Positions 11,500 through 24,195 of a stretch of 64,000 nucleotides of DNA are shown one piece after another. The notes below the pieces were generated by a model. It saw nothing but the letters and a program-made list of their open reading frames with translations, made no database searches and was not told the origin of the DNA. Source of the stretch: Eukaryota sp. TZLM1-RC (Eukaryota; Protista; Metamonada: BaSk clade). Where the stretch lies: NCBI GenBank assembly GCA_040285825.1, contig JAUPSS010000003.1, positions 806,001 to 870,000 on the forward strand, given 5' to 3'. The translations under genes and the position numbers were made by a program. Each line of letters starts with the position of its first letter. The first letter of the stretch is position 1.

Positions 11500-12560
11500 T
11501 TGAAAAATACAATCTACAAATCAATTTCTTCAAAACAAGCTTCCACACCATCAAACCGTACAACAGCAATGTTTTCGTAATGTGCATTCACAGACATCAA
11601 AGCTTTCGAAATATTTCCAGAAATTTTTTTGAAAATAGTAAAAACAATGAGTTAACCACAAACGATGATCAAAACCCTTATTCATTCTTCTTTTTTTCAG
11701 GTTTTCAAAAACATCAATAAAATTCATCACAGTTTTTCCAAGACGTCCATACAAAGGTATAGGAATTGGGCAAATTTGGTAATCCACATGGCGAACATGT
11801 TTCAATTCCTTCAAGGGATCTGCTTATTTCTTCTGTTTGTACAATTTCGAATCATCAAGGGGATATTTCGCATTGTGCATTTTTCAAGGAATTTTTCTTG
11901 CAAACATTCACTGTGACAACATCAAAAACATTCAAGACATCATCAAATGAGGGCACACCACATCAGCACGTCGTTTTCCTTATTTTGAATCTCTTATTTT
12001 TTGATTAATATCAACAGACCTCAACAACGGTTCTACAAATGATTCAATATGATAGAAATTGTACATTGCATGGATCTGATCTCTCACAGCGTCATGCATA
12101 GTTGAACGATAAGTAATAAATCTGTTGTAATTGAATAAATGTGATGATGTCAAACCAGCTCCACATTTTCAAAACAGATCATTGGGCAAATTGCAAGGCC
12201 AAAAATAGCATCGCATCCGCATAGCAGCGGTCCATTGGTCATCATTTAAAAACAAACCATAAATTTGGGCAACTTGGTTCAACAAAACTCCAGATGAAAT
12301 GTCCTTCTAATCAATCAAAAATTTTGCCAACGCACGATGTTTTTGTTCAACCGTGCTGAGTCGAACAATGAAATCTTTACTTTCAAATTTTTCAAAAGCT
12401 GACGTTGGAGTTTTTTCAACAAATTTCTTTCTGGAATGTCTTGAATGATTATAGGGAAATATGATTGCCATAACTCAGGAGATAAACTTGATACTTCTCT
12501 TCAGTTTTCCAAAAGTAGACTAGTAGTTTCAAGAAGATTTTCGGCAAAAGGATATCTTCC
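11500..12560 (-). mobile_element. Decayed RT-RLE retrotransposon 3' fragment (family D), repeated at 41105-42090
   Basis: About 1 kb near-identical direct repeat; minus-strand MRCYFWP..LP, H.FN...RSTMHDAVRDQ, RLW..R.VF motifs with stops. Confidence 0.85.
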
Positions 12561-13146
12561 GGAAAGTTCACTAACAAAATTGTTTCCACAAAGTTACTTC
12601 CTCCTACCAGTAAATTCCATCAGGAAACAATGGCAAGAATGGCACTCCATCTAATTCCTTCGGCAATTTCATTTTTTGGATTGTACATGTTCAAATTATA
12701 CTGTTCACGAGTAATGACATAATGTACAAAAAAATATTTTATTATATACAACAATTGTTAAGCTAAAGAATAACAAATTTGAACAATTGAACCAAACTGA
12801 ATCTTGATCAGTACTGCTCCAAACCTGTTGATCATTTTAGAGATTTGCTTTTCCGAATTACTGAATGTGGAAAACCTAACAATTGTTTGACTTTCATCAG
12901 CAATGGCAAATGTGGGTTCAACCACCATAATTTGCCCAACAAAAGCGTATTAAGCTTGACCCATTAATTTCTGACTCTAATAAAAGAAGAATTAAACGTT
13001 TTATTAAGTTCCAAATTAAGGAATTTTATTTTAAAAATTGATAACATTTGGTCCTAAATTGTGTAAAGTAAGAAAAAAAAATCAATATAAATAGAACCAA
13101 AGCCTATGATACAAAGTTTCTTAAACAAAAAGCCAAACAAAAAACA

Positions 13147-15812
13147 CTAAATCTCAATCGGTTTCTCCTCTGGTTTTCTTATATGTCTCATGGTAGACCC
13201 TGGCTGTGATGGCATAAAAGGTCCAAAGCTGCCATAAGGTTTAGGTAACCCAAGTTCGTCACTAGGAATATAAGCATTTGGTCTTGGTGGAGGGCCAAAT
13301 TCTTCCTCTTCATCTGAATTGATTGAATCAAAATTGATTGATTTCCTTTTTTCAATCTTTTCAAACAGTTCATCAGCATCTTCCGTTGGAGGTTTACCTT
13401 GTGCTAAGTTCTTGTGGGCTGTGGCGACAGTGTTCTCAACTTCCCTTCTCTCCTCTTGCAGATTCAGCGCAGACGCTTGGTAATAAGAAAGTTCAGCGAC
13501 AGTCGCGACCATTTTCTTTGTTAATTGCCTTAGTTTGGCGCGTAGATCAGAAGCATCACGCGCAATATCGACAGAGTCACATCGATCATCTGAAATTTTA
13601 GATTCAACTTTGCTGGACAGTGTGGTAAGCTCTGTTAAGGACAAATCAGCTTCGAGAAGTTCTTCCTGTTTCTTTGCAATTTGACCTTCAATTTGATCTA
13701 TTTTGGCCTTTAATTGGTCCTCAGTTTCGAGGTGACCCCCCAAAATTCTAAACCTGTCTCTATTCTCAGGATCTTCCAAGTTGTGACTCAACTCAATACT
13801 TTTGGATTTTACACTAGTGAGTTCGTCATGAAGAGCAAGGGCCTCTTCCTCTAGTTTTGGAATTTCAAGAACTTTTTTCCTAGTGTTTTCCAAACTTCTA
13901 GTCAAATCCACCACAACAGTTTGAAGTAGCTTGACTTCATCCTCTTTTCTTGTTGACTCGGCTGTGCCATTCCGAATCACATCCTCCTGAATATTAAGCT
14001 TCTCATAAAGGATACACAATTCATCATTTCTATCAATCAATTGTAATCCAACGTTATTTCGTACTTGTAACATATGTTCATAATTATTTCTTAATTGTAG
14101 CAAATTTTGCTCTGACCTGTCAATAATTCCTGAGAGACGGTCAATCTCTAGAATGTGTTGGTTGAGTTTTTGTTCTAGAGAAAAGTACTCATTTGCGATA
14201 GCATTTGCCTCTGAAGTAAGAGTATCACGGGTATTGAGGAGAAGTTTGTTTTCATTTTCGGCTCTAGTTAACTGGGTTTGCTTGGTAGTAGCTTCATTTC
14301 TTAATATTGACCGTTCAGATTCCAGGATTTTGAGCTTTTCCTTCAATTCTACGGTATTTTGAGTTTGGCCTTGTACCTGAGATCTTAAGACGTTGAGCTC
14401 TCCCTTCACAACATCATATTGCTTTTGCTTATCCTTTAACTCGGCCATTTCTCTTTTACAAATTCTGCTCAAATCCGTAATTAAATTTTCATTGGCCTGG
14501 ATATTCTGAAGAGTGGTTTGTAATCTACTGAGATAGTTGGTTGCTCTCCTAGCTGAAACTTCTCGTTGATGTTTAAGTTTCATAATTTCTTTATCATTTG
14601 TTTTGAACATTTCAATGAACTGCTCAAGATCACTTTCAACCTGGCTGACTGACTGCTGAATATTTTTGACCTTTTCTAATTCTTTTGAAGTAAAGTTATC
14701 AGTATTGATTACGTTTCCGATAAGAATAGCAATTTCTTTTTGATACTCATAGACATTCGCTTCGTAATTCTTAATTGATTTCACTAAATTTCCTCTTTCT
14801 TTTTTGAGGGTTAGAATTTCTCTTTCAATATTGGACAAAGAATTACGAAGAATGCCACAATCATCTTCAACATTTTTGATCCTTGATAACATTTCCTCAC
14901 GTGATCTCAACAAAGATTCCTTTTCCTTATTTAAATTATTTTTCTTGAATACAAGATGCTCAATTTCTCGTTCCAATTCCCCCTTCTTCTCTTGTAATTC
15001 AAGCAAACTGTTGTCCAACCTTACCAATTTTCCGTCCAAGTCAACAATTTTCTCTTCTTTTTGAGCTTCATCCTCACAAACTTTATTAAGTAATGATTGT
15101 TGGCTATGTAAGCTTGAATTTAAGGTGCTCAATTGTCGCTGTAGATATTTAAGTTCATTGTCAGTCTCAGTCACTCGAGAGTCAAGGCTAGTCATGGCAT
15201 TTTTGAGCTGGTCTTCCTCATGCCTCAGCTCATTAATCATTTTGATCTCTTGTTTCAATAAGTCCTCCTCGATATTGATCTTGTCAAGTTCCGTAACCTT
15301 TGATTCCTTGACTTTATCTATATCACCATGTAGAGTAACCAGGGATTCTTCAAGCTCAGAAATCTGATTTTTGAGCGTTTGGATCACGTTTTCGTTCCTT
15401 GCAATATCCTGTCTTATCGAAGAATCAGCTCTCTTCAAGTGCTGAAACTGGGGATCTATTTCTTCAGCTAACAGCTTCTGTGTCTTTAAATGCTGTTCTT
15501 CTAGGTCTTGTTTTTCAAACTCCAATTCTCTTATTTGTCCCTGGGATTAAAGAAGAGCAGTGATTAACATACTTGGAGTAATTTGTCATTCTCTTCACAC
15601 TCTCGTTGTTCATCACGAGTATCTTCCAAGACTTTCCATATAGAGTCGAGTTGAGAGGACTGGTCGGCTTGTGTGGCCTCAACTTCAGCACGTTGGGCTT
15701 TAACAGCGTCGAGTTCCTGTTGAAGATGAGCAGCACGATCAAAGAGAGATTTTTCACGTTCAAAGAAGGCTAAAGCAGCGTCCTGGAGCTTTTTATAATG
15801 CTCCTCAGACAT
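13147..15812 (-). CDS. CCDC146: CCDC146/MBO2-like flagellar coiled-coil protein, 2 exons (intron 15541-15572)
   Basis: Motifs GLQLIDRNDELCILYEK and RPNAYIP..LGLPKPYG.F.PF.PS.PG..MRHIRKP; a 32 nt GT-AG intron joins ORF 15564-15812 in frame (LLQ|GQIRELEFEK). Confidence 0.85.
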
Positions 15813-15866
15813 GGAGATAGAGATGGAGATAGTGATGGAGAGTTGGGAATTTCACCTCTAAACAAC

Positions 15867-18800
15867 ATGCAACTCTCCTCTGGCCTGGAAGAGTTTTGCG
15901 TTGTCAATGGTCTTGACTATGAGTCCTTTAAGATACTGCTACTCTGCAAATCACCAAATCCTGACCAAATCTCTCCTGAGATCTACACTAAACTCTTCAT
16001 AAATCTCAATGCTTTCCCCCACATGACTGATGTTCGTCTCTGTCGTCGTTTCTTCTCTCGTTTTCCACATACTCTTTTCGATTCAAATCTGATCCTCTCC
16101 ATTCTTCCTTCTCTATCGGTCTCAGAATCACTTCTGGTACTCGTACCTCTTCTCACGCCTCCCCTCAGCAATGTACTTCCTTCTGAATCTGTTCTCTCTT
16201 TTTTAGAGTCTCTTATCCCTCGAGTACAAACGGTTAATGAGTCAACTACCTTTGCCAGGACTGTATATTGGTATTTGAGATCGATAACCTCAATCAAATC
16301 GATAGAAAGGAGGATTTTAAACCTCCAAAACTGCCTAGTGTCCATTTGCATGTGTGGTTTGATCACCAACCAAAAGATGGAATTTTCAAGCGATTACTTG
16401 ATGATCAAGGACGCTACTGCCACAGCATTTACCGGACTTTGGTACTTGGATAAATTAATCAGTAAACGTGATAATTTATTTGATGATGTTCTGAATATTT
16501 TGAAAACAGGTCGGAAAGAATTTTCTTTGTCTATGAATAACAAACTGATTCCTGTTTCTGGTTCTTTACTTGGCTCAGCCCCGACAGAAATTCAAATATT
16601 AATGCTTAAATCCCTTATTTCTATTGAATTCTCCAGAAAAGAGCTCAATAAACCCAATATAGAGCTAAGTTTCTGGAAAACTGTTGACTTTGTTGTAAGT
16701 CTTGTTTCAATTAATCTTTACCTGACCTCATCAGTCTTAAATTCTCTTTTTTCTAATTTAAAATCAGTAAAGAATTTCTCGGTTCCAAGTGAAGAATTAA
16801 ATGCCAAAATCCTTTTTTATTTCAATCAAGTTTTTCAATCCAGCCAACAAGTTGTCAATTATCTTTGGCAGCAGAATTTAAAATTATATCTTTTCTTTTT
16901 GAATTCGAAATCAGTTGATTTATCAGGTTTTTATAAATTGTTCCTTTCTCTGGCTGAATCCAATCAACACAAATACAGTGCTCTTTCAATCATAATCAAG
17001 ATCAATCCATCATTTTTGATTGATTCTGGTGAAGTTTTGAACCTTTTAACTAGTGTTTTGAAAGCTTGTAACGATCCTAATGTATGCCAATTACTTGATG
17101 AGTTTCTCTTTAGCTTTATGAGCTTAATACGTGATCAGTTCGCTGACTGGGTCACAATTATCACATCAGCGGTCATTAATCAATCAGAAATGATTGAAAA
17201 TTCCAGGAAGGCACTTTTTTTAAATCTTTGTTGTAATTCTTTAGTACGATTTGGCATCAAGTTTAGCTGTTGTCAAATTATTAAAGAACACTTTTTCAAT
17301 TTTTTAAACGTGGAGTCGTCACAGCCTCAAATTTTCCTTTGCTTGAGCTTTTTTTCGTCTGTCTTTCGGCAAACAAAGGCATTTGTCGACAAATTTGATC
17401 TAAATCAATCAAATTTGATTGAATTTCTGTTAAATGTATTGAAAACTCAATCAAATTTTGATTTATTGACCGCTTGTCTTTTGGTCTTATCAAAAGCACT
17501 TTCTGTTTTTGATTCATTGAGCCCCAAATTTTTGAAATTTGCACTTGATTCATTCATGATCTCTTTTCTTGACTTGCTGGGATCAGATGGTTATGGAAAC
17601 TCAAATATTACTCCCCTGGTGGAGAACCATGCAGCCCTACTTTTTAAGAGACATCCATTTTTATTAGAATCATTATTAAACACGTTTTGTGATTTTACCC
17701 TCAATGTTTCCCCCCAAAATAGGAAGTTCTCTTGCTTAACCGTACTTAAAAGTTTGTTTGGGGTTTTCAAAATTAGTTTTTCTGATTCAAATTTAATGAT
17801 TAACAACACTATTATTCCAAGTAATCTTGTATCAAATCTAGTTAATAATTGCTGTGTCAGTAGCTGGGTGGTTACAAGGGGGATTGCTTTGGAATTGTGT
17901 ATGCAATTAATCAACCACCTGCCGATTGATTACTTTTCCGACTGTCAATCAACTTTCTTTGGAATTCCATTGACCTTTGTTTTTGATAGAATTTCTTTTT
18001 TCCTAAGCTCTGAAGTATTGAAGCTGGTAGATTCTGGGGCAACTTTGTTTTCCTTGCTGCTTCACTTGATGGAAAGGACAAATTTTGGTTTTGAATTGTC
18101 AGTTTCCTCTGACAAGGATTGTTTGTTCAAACTGACATCATCTGCTGTATCGAATGATCCTTATCTCATTTTGAATCAAATGTTTAAAATTTTAAACACT
18201 AATGACAATCCGATCAGAATTAATGGTCTGTTATCAGTTTTATTGACAGTTATTACTAATAATTCAATCGCTCAAAAGGTTACCCAATCAATTATTGACA
18301 CGTGTCACCACGTAATCAATCACGTCATCCGTTTTATTTCACGAGATAGTGATTTCGATGAGGAATCTGGTGACTTTACTTCATTCAGGACCAGTTCGAA
18401 TAGAGCTCAACGGTTGTCGCCTAGCATATGTCGACAAGCTCTTCAAATATTGATAAAAATCTCGCCAAATTTTGACTCAGATCAGCACAAATTTGTTTCC
18501 AAAATTTCAGTTGATCTTCTCTCGTCTGTGAGACACGTTGGGATCATTCATGATCTCACCATTCTAGCTAAAATTACTCTCTCCAAATGCTCAAATAAAT
18601 TGAGACAATCAATAATGATTGACTTTGTTGATTTGATTGATAATGGCAAGATTTCCCCCAGAAGACGCTCAGCAGGTGTTCCTTTTCTTTTAACTTCCCT
18701 CTTGTCTGCAGAATATAAGGATGCTTCGAGCTCCAGTAGTTATGACCTGACCAATATTTTGCTGGAGAGGATGCAGAGATCATTAAGAACGTCATCTGAT

Positions 18801-20300
18801 CAAAACATAACGTCATCTGATCAAAACATAACGTCATCAACTGTCAATTATCTCAATGTTTTTGCCTCTATTTGCAACGACTCTTCTGCTTTTTCCCTTA
18901 TTTCAAACCAATTTGATTACTTTTCTGCTCTCATTATCCCACTGTTGAATTTGGACAACTGGGATGTTCAAAGTGCAACTTCTCGATGCATGTCAGTTAT
19001 GTCTGACAGGCTGTTTGGGTCAAAAAAAGGATCAAGCGCTCAGAATGTTGTTGACTTGGATGTTTTTGTTTCTAGGTTTCCAGAAACTTTTAAAGTTTTA
19101 CAAACTTCAATCAAATGTAATGTGGTGGATGGCGTGATTGATTTGGTCCTGGGAAGTCTTTGTTTTTTCCAAAGAATTCAATCAAAGTCTTCTTCAGTCT
19201 TTATTTTTGACCTTATCTCGTGTATCTCTAAACTTTTGGGCAGTCCTTTTAGTTACATCCGCTATGCTGCTGGAAAAGCGATTGCTTCTTTAATACCAGC
19301 TGAATTTTTGGTTGAAACTGTAGATAGAGTGATCTCTTCTTGTCACCAATCAATGAAGACCAATATTTTCCATGGAAATCTATTGACTGTGGTTTATTTA
19401 CTTGAAAGGATTAACTTTTCTCAGCTTGTAATTCCATCAAAAACATTTTTTAATCTACAGAAGCTCTATCTATTTGAATCTAACATTATTGAAATTAATC
19501 ATCTAATCAACTCAATAAAACTACTTGCAAATGGGGAAAAGACTGTCGAATTAGGACTCTGGAATCCTGGAAATCTAACTGTTGATAAGGGGAATATTAC
19601 GGAAGCCATGAAGGTTCCATTTATAAACCTCTCTGTTGTTGAAAAATTGAATTTCGTTGATTTTTTGATTGAATCTGAACATGAACACATATTCGATTTT
19701 ATTGAACTTGCCCAAAAGTGTTCAAATATTGGTCTTATTGTCAAAATTTTAAAATATTTGTCCAAGATTTCAACTAAAAATTGCTCTTTTTATGCACATT
19801 TTTATAATTTTCTCTTCCATTTACCAAAATTGATTACTTCCAAAATTTGTTTTGAAGTTTCATGTTATATTATTGAATCCAATTTCAGTTCGGCCCCAAA
19901 GGAAATTGCCGCTAAATTTGGATTAATTTTATTAAAAAATCTTTTATTTCTAACCACTGACCCCGATGAATTGGAATTTAATTATATTATAAATTTATTA
20001 TCAAAAGTGGAAGGTTTTAAAAATCAAAATCTTTGTTTTCCATATTCTTTAGCAAGATCTTTATCCAATTATTTATCAAAATTCATTTTAAATTATGATA
20101 TTGTTGATCAAATTATGGAAATAATATTTGAATTCATTGAATTTAATTTTAAGACAAACAATTTGAATGATATAGTCCTGTCACATCCAGATGTTGATGA
20201 AGCCACATTTGATCAATACTTCTCCATTAAGCTCTTTTTTAAATTTACTCGAAAATTTAATCCCATTACAAGATCCCAACAAATTCAAAAAAATATCTGA
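15867..20300 (+). CDS. THADA/Trm732-like ARM protein (DUF2428)
   Basis: About 1480 aa helical ORF with RH.G and RRRSAGVPF signature, W.V.SA..C and F.SRFP; probable ATG 15867. Confidence 0.82.
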   Translation: MQLSSGLEEFCVVNGLDYESFKILLLCKSPNPDQISPEIYTKLFINLNAFPHMTDVRLCRRFFSRFPHTLFDSNLILSILPSLSVSESLLVLVPLLTPPLSNVLPSESVLSFLESLIPRVQTVNESTTFARTVYWYLRSITSIKSIERRILNLQNCLVSICMCGLITNQKMEFSSDYLMIKDATATAFTGLWYLDKLISKRDNLFDDVLNILKTGRKEFSLSMNNKLIPVSGSLLGSAPTEIQILMLKSLISIEFSRKELNKPNIELSFWKTVDFVVSLVSINLYLTSSVLNSLFSNLKSVKNFSVPSEELNAKILFYFNQVFQSSQQVVNYLWQQNLKLYLFFLNSKSVDLSGFYKLFLSLAESNQHKYSALSIIIKINPSFLIDSGEVLNLLTSVLKACNDPNVCQLLDEFLFSFMSLIRDQFADWVTIITSAVINQSEMIENSRKALFLNLCCNSLVRFGIKFSCCQIIKEHFFNFLNVESSQPQIFLCLSFFSSVFRQTKAFVDKFDLNQSNLIEFLLNVLKTQSNFDLLTACLLVLSKALSVFDSLSPKFLKFALDSFMISFLDLLGSDGYGNSNITPLVENHAALLFKRHPFLLESLLNTFCDFTLNVSPQNRKFSCLTVLKSLFGVFKISFSDSNLMINNTIIPSNLVSNLVNNCCVSSWVVTRGIALELCMQLINHLPIDYFSDCQSTFFGIPLTFVFDRISFFLSSEVLKLVDSGATLFSLLLHLMERTNFGFELSVSSDKDCLFKLTSSAVSNDPYLILNQMFKILNTNDNPIRINGLLSVLLTVITNNSIAQKVTQSIIDTCHHVINHVIRFISRDSDFDEESGDFTSFRTSSNRAQRLSPSICRQALQILIKISPNFDSDQHKFVSKISVDLLSSVRHVGIIHDLTILAKITLSKCSNKLRQSIMIDFVDLIDNGKISPRRRSAGVPFLLTSLLSAEYKDASSSSSYDLTNILLERMQRSLRTSSDQNITSSDQNITSSTVNYLNVFASICNDSSAFSLISNQFDYFSALIIPLLNLDNWDVQSATSRCMSVMSDRLFGSKKGSSAQNVVDLDVFVSRFPETFKVLQTSIKCNVVDGVIDLVLGSLCFFQRIQSKSSSVFIFDLISCISKLLGSPFSYIRYAAGKAIASLIPAEFLVETVDRVISSCHQSMKTNIFHGNLLTVVYLLERINFSQLVIPSKTFFNLQKLYLFESNIIEINHLINSIKLLANGEKTVELGLWNPGNLTVDKGNITEAMKVPFINLSVVEKLNFVDFLIESEHEHIFDFIELAQKCSNIGLIVKILKYLSKISTKNCSFYAHFYNFLFHLPKLITSKICFEVSCYIIESNFSSAPKEIAAKFGLILLKNLLFLTTDPDELEFNYIINLLSKVEGFKNQNLCFPYSLARSLSNYLSKFILNYDIVDQIMEIIFEFIEFNFKTNNLNDIVLSHPDVDEATFDQYFSIKLFFKFTRKFNPITRSQQIQKNI
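18788..18838 (+). repeat. In-frame 21 bp tandem repeat (~2.4 copies) within THADA-like CDS
   Basis: AACGTCATCTGATCAAAACAT repeated, encoding TSSDQNI. Confidence 0.9.
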
Positions 20301-20459
20301 GTTGGATTAATTTTTGTAATTCCTCTTTGGATTCAACTTTTCCCAAAGGATTTATTATAAATTATACAATATCACAATTAAAAAGAATAATTAGTAGTTA
20401 GTCTTTGCGCTCTAGTCTTTTCAAAATAAATTAGTTGAATTAATTATCATTGTTTAAAA

Positions 20460-21182
20460 TTATAAAATTGGTGGAAATAGTTCATCTATTAAATCTTTCA
20501 ATTGATTTTGATTGAAACACTTGATTAAGTTCTCTCTTTCTGATAAATCATCAATAGTTGGAAATGGACTCAGCCAATTGGGAAGTTTTGTACTAATTTC
20601 TTCATTTGAAACCTTTTTTTCGGGCACCTTTTCATCTTGTCCTCCAGCTCTTCTCTTCCGCACTTGGTTTGTTACATCAGGAACCTTGCTTGTGACAGGA
20701 GCTTCTTTTATAAAAGACTTAACCTTCACAAACAATGCTTTAAAGTCTTTGACACTTCCCGTATAATCAAAAGCAGGATATTCCTTTAAAAGGGAGAGGG
20801 GAGGGTTCCTGCTCTTTGGATTAAGGAGGATCGCAATAATTGAGAGTAGAATTAGAAAAGGGTTGGAGGAAGAAAGATGGTTGGCGATGCGTTGAAAGTG
20901 AGAATAGCATTCTGTTATGAGGTGAGGGCATCCAAATGAAGCACAATAGTTTTTGATTTGAATTGAATTAATGAGAAAGAGGCGGAGGTGCCGATCAAGA
21001 ACAGCTTGCTTGTAGCAACGGTGATAGTCACTGATTTTGCCTGATGACTTTGCATACTGGGTGAAGGACTTGTCAAGTGAAGTAGATAGACAACAACACG
21101 CAAGATGTTTACTCAATGTACGGCGCACTGCAGATGGTCCATTTGGAATTTTGAGGATGATGGCATTATTCAGTTGCTCCAT
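20460..21182 (-). CDS. Hypothetical protein (240 aa)
   Basis: ATG-initiated 240 aa ORF with no recognised motif. Confidence 0.65.
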   Translation of the reverse strand: MEQLNNAIILKIPNGPSAVRRTLSKHLACCCLSTSLDKSFTQYAKSSGKISDYHRCYKQAVLDRHLRLFLINSIQIKNYCASFGCPHLITECYSHFQRIANHLSSSNPFLILLSIIAILLNPKSRNPPLSLLKEYPAFDYTGSVKDFKALFVKVKSFIKEAPVTSKVPDVTNQVRKRRAGGQDEKVPEKKVSNEEISTKLPNWLSPFPTIDDLSERENLIKCFNQNQLKDLIDELFPPIL

Positions 21183-21193
21183 TGAAACAGATA

Positions 21194-21650
21194 TTGTCTA
21201 TAACAATTAAATAAGTGTCCTTTTTACACCGATGTAGAGGGACTGAGTTTTTGAGAAGTGGAAGATTTTCCCCTTGATACCTTTTTCTTTGATCCTTCAT
21301 CAACCTTGGCTCTCTGTAGGTATTCCGGTCTATCTCCAGCTTTTACATGTGCTTCCATCATTTTTACATATTGAACGACTATTTCGATCTCTATTCCACA
21401 AACTTTTGCATGATTTACACATCGTAAGCCCGTGACGAATAGACATCTCATGCGTCTTCTATTGTCATGGATTTCTGCACAATCGAAATGTTTTAACTGT
21501 TTTCTCAGCTTTCTTACAGTTGAAACAGCTCTTGTGTTTTCGTTGTTCCCAGTCTCCAATTCCGATAACTACTTGGCTTGGATCACCAATTACTGATTTG
21601 AAGCACTGAATCATTTTTGCCTCACATCTTGTGCGATTAGTCTCAGCTTG
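21194..21650 (-). mobile_element. Internally deleted Fanzor1 remnant (family F-AB, copy A)
   Basis: Manual translation NRTRCEAKMIQCFKSVIGDPSQVVIGIGDWEQRKH..C..C..FRLCRNP..IRHGLTMCKSCKSLWNRDRNS, then GDRPEYLQR; the RuvC-II segment is deleted. Confidence 0.88.
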
Positions 21651-22750
21651 GATGTGTTAATCTAGGGTCAAATTTGTGATAACCACGGAATAATTTAGCG
21701 TCAATTCAGTTCAGAGTCACTTTCCAAGGGATGGAGGCGGTTTTGCACCACAGATCTGGTGTCCTTCAACATCTGGTGCTTTCTACCAGGGAGAAACACT
21801 TATCAGTTTCCACATAATGAGTTAAAATTCCATCCTACCACCCTACCAGCAATTGCATCTGTTTCGAGCTTTCGCAAGTGGTTATATTTGACATTAATGG
21901 AGTCAATGTAAGTGAGTAAATGAAATATATTTATTTTCATTATTTAATTTAGTTTTTTAGGGTAATATGAGAATCAGAGACAAAAATAAATAAATAAATA
22001 TAAACTGCAAGTATAGTTATTTGTGAAATGATTTGGATCAGTCACCCTATGTGCAGTATCATTGATTGAGTAGGAATGTATTTACTAATAGAATTCCTAG
22101 TATTTTTAAATGTGACATATTTTGACTCCAAAATGACTTTCATTATTAATTTTTACCGTTCTGTTATTCCATACACAGTCTTCTTCGAGGTAACCTGACT
22201 CATTATAATGATGCAATGGAGAACATGAACCAGAAAATCGAAGAATTCAGCAAGTTTTATCGATTTTTCTACCGTTGTGGTTATCAAACTTCGACAAGTT
22301 TTATTGACAATTGACTTTTACAGTATTGACTTATGGAGCAACAAGAAAACATCTGCGTCAAGAAACCAGTGAGAGATTGTAGTAAGCGAGTATTTTCTAA
22401 CTATAAGACCCCAAGCTTTTTAAGACCTCAGTCAGAGTCTTCAAATCCGACGTATTTTGATCTAAACCGATCATCTGCGGGTGGTTGTGTTTAGAAATGT
22501 GGTTGAAGTCATGGAATTTGACATTTCAAATCAAAAAATTTCGAAATTTCCAACAAAAGCATTGTTTTCTTTATTCTAAAACTGTAATTCACCAAGCAGA
22601 ACCAACAACAAACTCTTCCTAATTGCATCACTATGTGATACTAAGCAAAACTATTGTTATGTATAATTCCTAAATAATTTATGTGATGAATATAGTTCAA
22701 TTGTATTTCAGTAGTTTTTGCTTTGTTTGTTCAAACCAATACATTCACAG

Positions 22751-23098
22751 ATGCAACGACATCATCAATCACAACTACAACATCTTCATGCTAATTGTAA
22801 GCTACTACTTCAACATTGTAGTACCATCTTAGAATCGTCAAAACTTGTCCATCCAGATATTCATCCCTCAGAATTGAGTACCGATCATTCCTCCAATCTT
22901 CAGCTCAGTACCGCAGCGAATGGCATCACTGTCCAATGTAACGAACTTGCCATGCTTTGCAAGGATGTCCGTAGAGCGCTTCTTACTACCGACAATCAAC
23001 GTGTTACTGAAATGAAGGTAGACAAGAGGCAGCACATTTTGGCAGAGAGCAGCTCTACTGATCTCGATATTCAGGAACTTCAACAGTTATTGCTTTAA
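22751..23098 (+). CDS. Mediator subunit Med22-like protein
   Basis: Two-helix pattern ILESSK...STAANGITVQCNELAMLCKDVRRALLTTD resembles Med22 ([27 protein letters not shown]). Confidence 0.55.
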   Translation: MQRHHQSQLQHLHANCKLLLQHCSTILESSKLVHPDIHPSELSTDHSSNLQLSTAANGITVQCNELAMLCKDVRRALLTTDNQRVTEMKVDKRQHILAESSSTDLDIQELQQLLL

Positions 23099-23572
23099 AT
23101 TTTCTAGATTTAAATTTAAAGATTTCAGCTTGGTTTCTGTTTTCAGAACCATTTCTGTGCCAATTGGGTTTATTGAGGTCTATTACAGTTTTCTACTAAA
23201 GCTGGTGTTTAGAGTGAGCCTATTTATGTCTCTTATAGTATCAAAAAATATTATATTAATCTTTTAGTATCAAAAAATAAATATTCAATTGTTGCACAAT
23301 CCTTGGGGTATCACTGTTGATAGCATAACAAGCGTCAAATCCAGTGTTGTGACCATCAACGTTAGGCATCACTATTAGCGCAACCTATATGAATCAAATC
23401 TCAAGAATTTACTTCACTGTCTTTCTTGTAGAAGTTAATCTAAAATATGCAATGGTACATGACAGTATCATTGTACAAAGTTATTGATTGGAGAAATAAC
23501 CACACTGATTACGCAATGCCACGTCATCAACCATATTTGAAAACAAAGCATGATTACTTATCATCACCCAAA

Positions 23573-24088
23573 ATGTCACCCAAGATATCTTATGCGGAAG
23601 AGTATCTTGAAGATGCAGATTTTGTCAAAATCTGTGAAGAACTCAAGTCACAACAAGATATAACCGAGCTCAATCTGGAAGATAACTGTATTACTCGTCT
23701 CAAACCATTGGCTGATGTAATCGGTGAACTTCCTAACCTTAAGAAGCTTAATGTGTCTCAGAATGAATTAAACCAAACCTATTTGAAAAAGGACCTAACA
23801 CTACTACTGTCTAATACCAATTCACTTCAAGAACTTGAAGTTAGATCTTGTGATTTGGAGGAAGCCTCTGCTATTTCCATTTGTGAAGCTCTTTGCAAAT
23901 CAAAAACTTTAATCATGATCGATCTCTCTGATAATCGTCTCGGGGATGAAATGGCATTTTGTCTGCAGCAAAAGGTTTTCCCTTCAAACCAAACATTACA
24001 AAGAGTTTATTTGCAAGATTGTGAGGTTACTGATGTAGGACGTAACGCTTTGAATCAATATCTTGCAATGATGAGAGTTTTATGTTAG
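23573..24088 (+). CDS. Leucine-rich repeat protein (RI-like LRR)
   Basis: Repeated LxxLxLxxNxI/L motifs (ITELNLEDNCI, LKKLNVSQNEL, LIMIDLSDNRLGD); start codon uncertain (23447, 23516 or 23573). Confidence 0.85.
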   Translation: MSPKISYAEEYLEDADFVKICEELKSQQDITELNLEDNCITRLKPLADVIGELPNLKKLNVSQNELNQTYLKKDLTLLLSNTNSLQELEVRSCDLEEASAISICEALCKSKTLIMIDLSDNRLGDEMAFCLQQKVFPSNQTLQRVYLQDCEVTDVGRNALNQYLAMMRVLC

Positions 24089-24195
24089 TGTTTGTCTAGT
24101 AATTAATATACATATTATACAACAAAATTAAATAAACCTATAAAAGAATTGATAACTCTTTCCAATTTCAAACTTCAACAACCACACAGTTGGGA

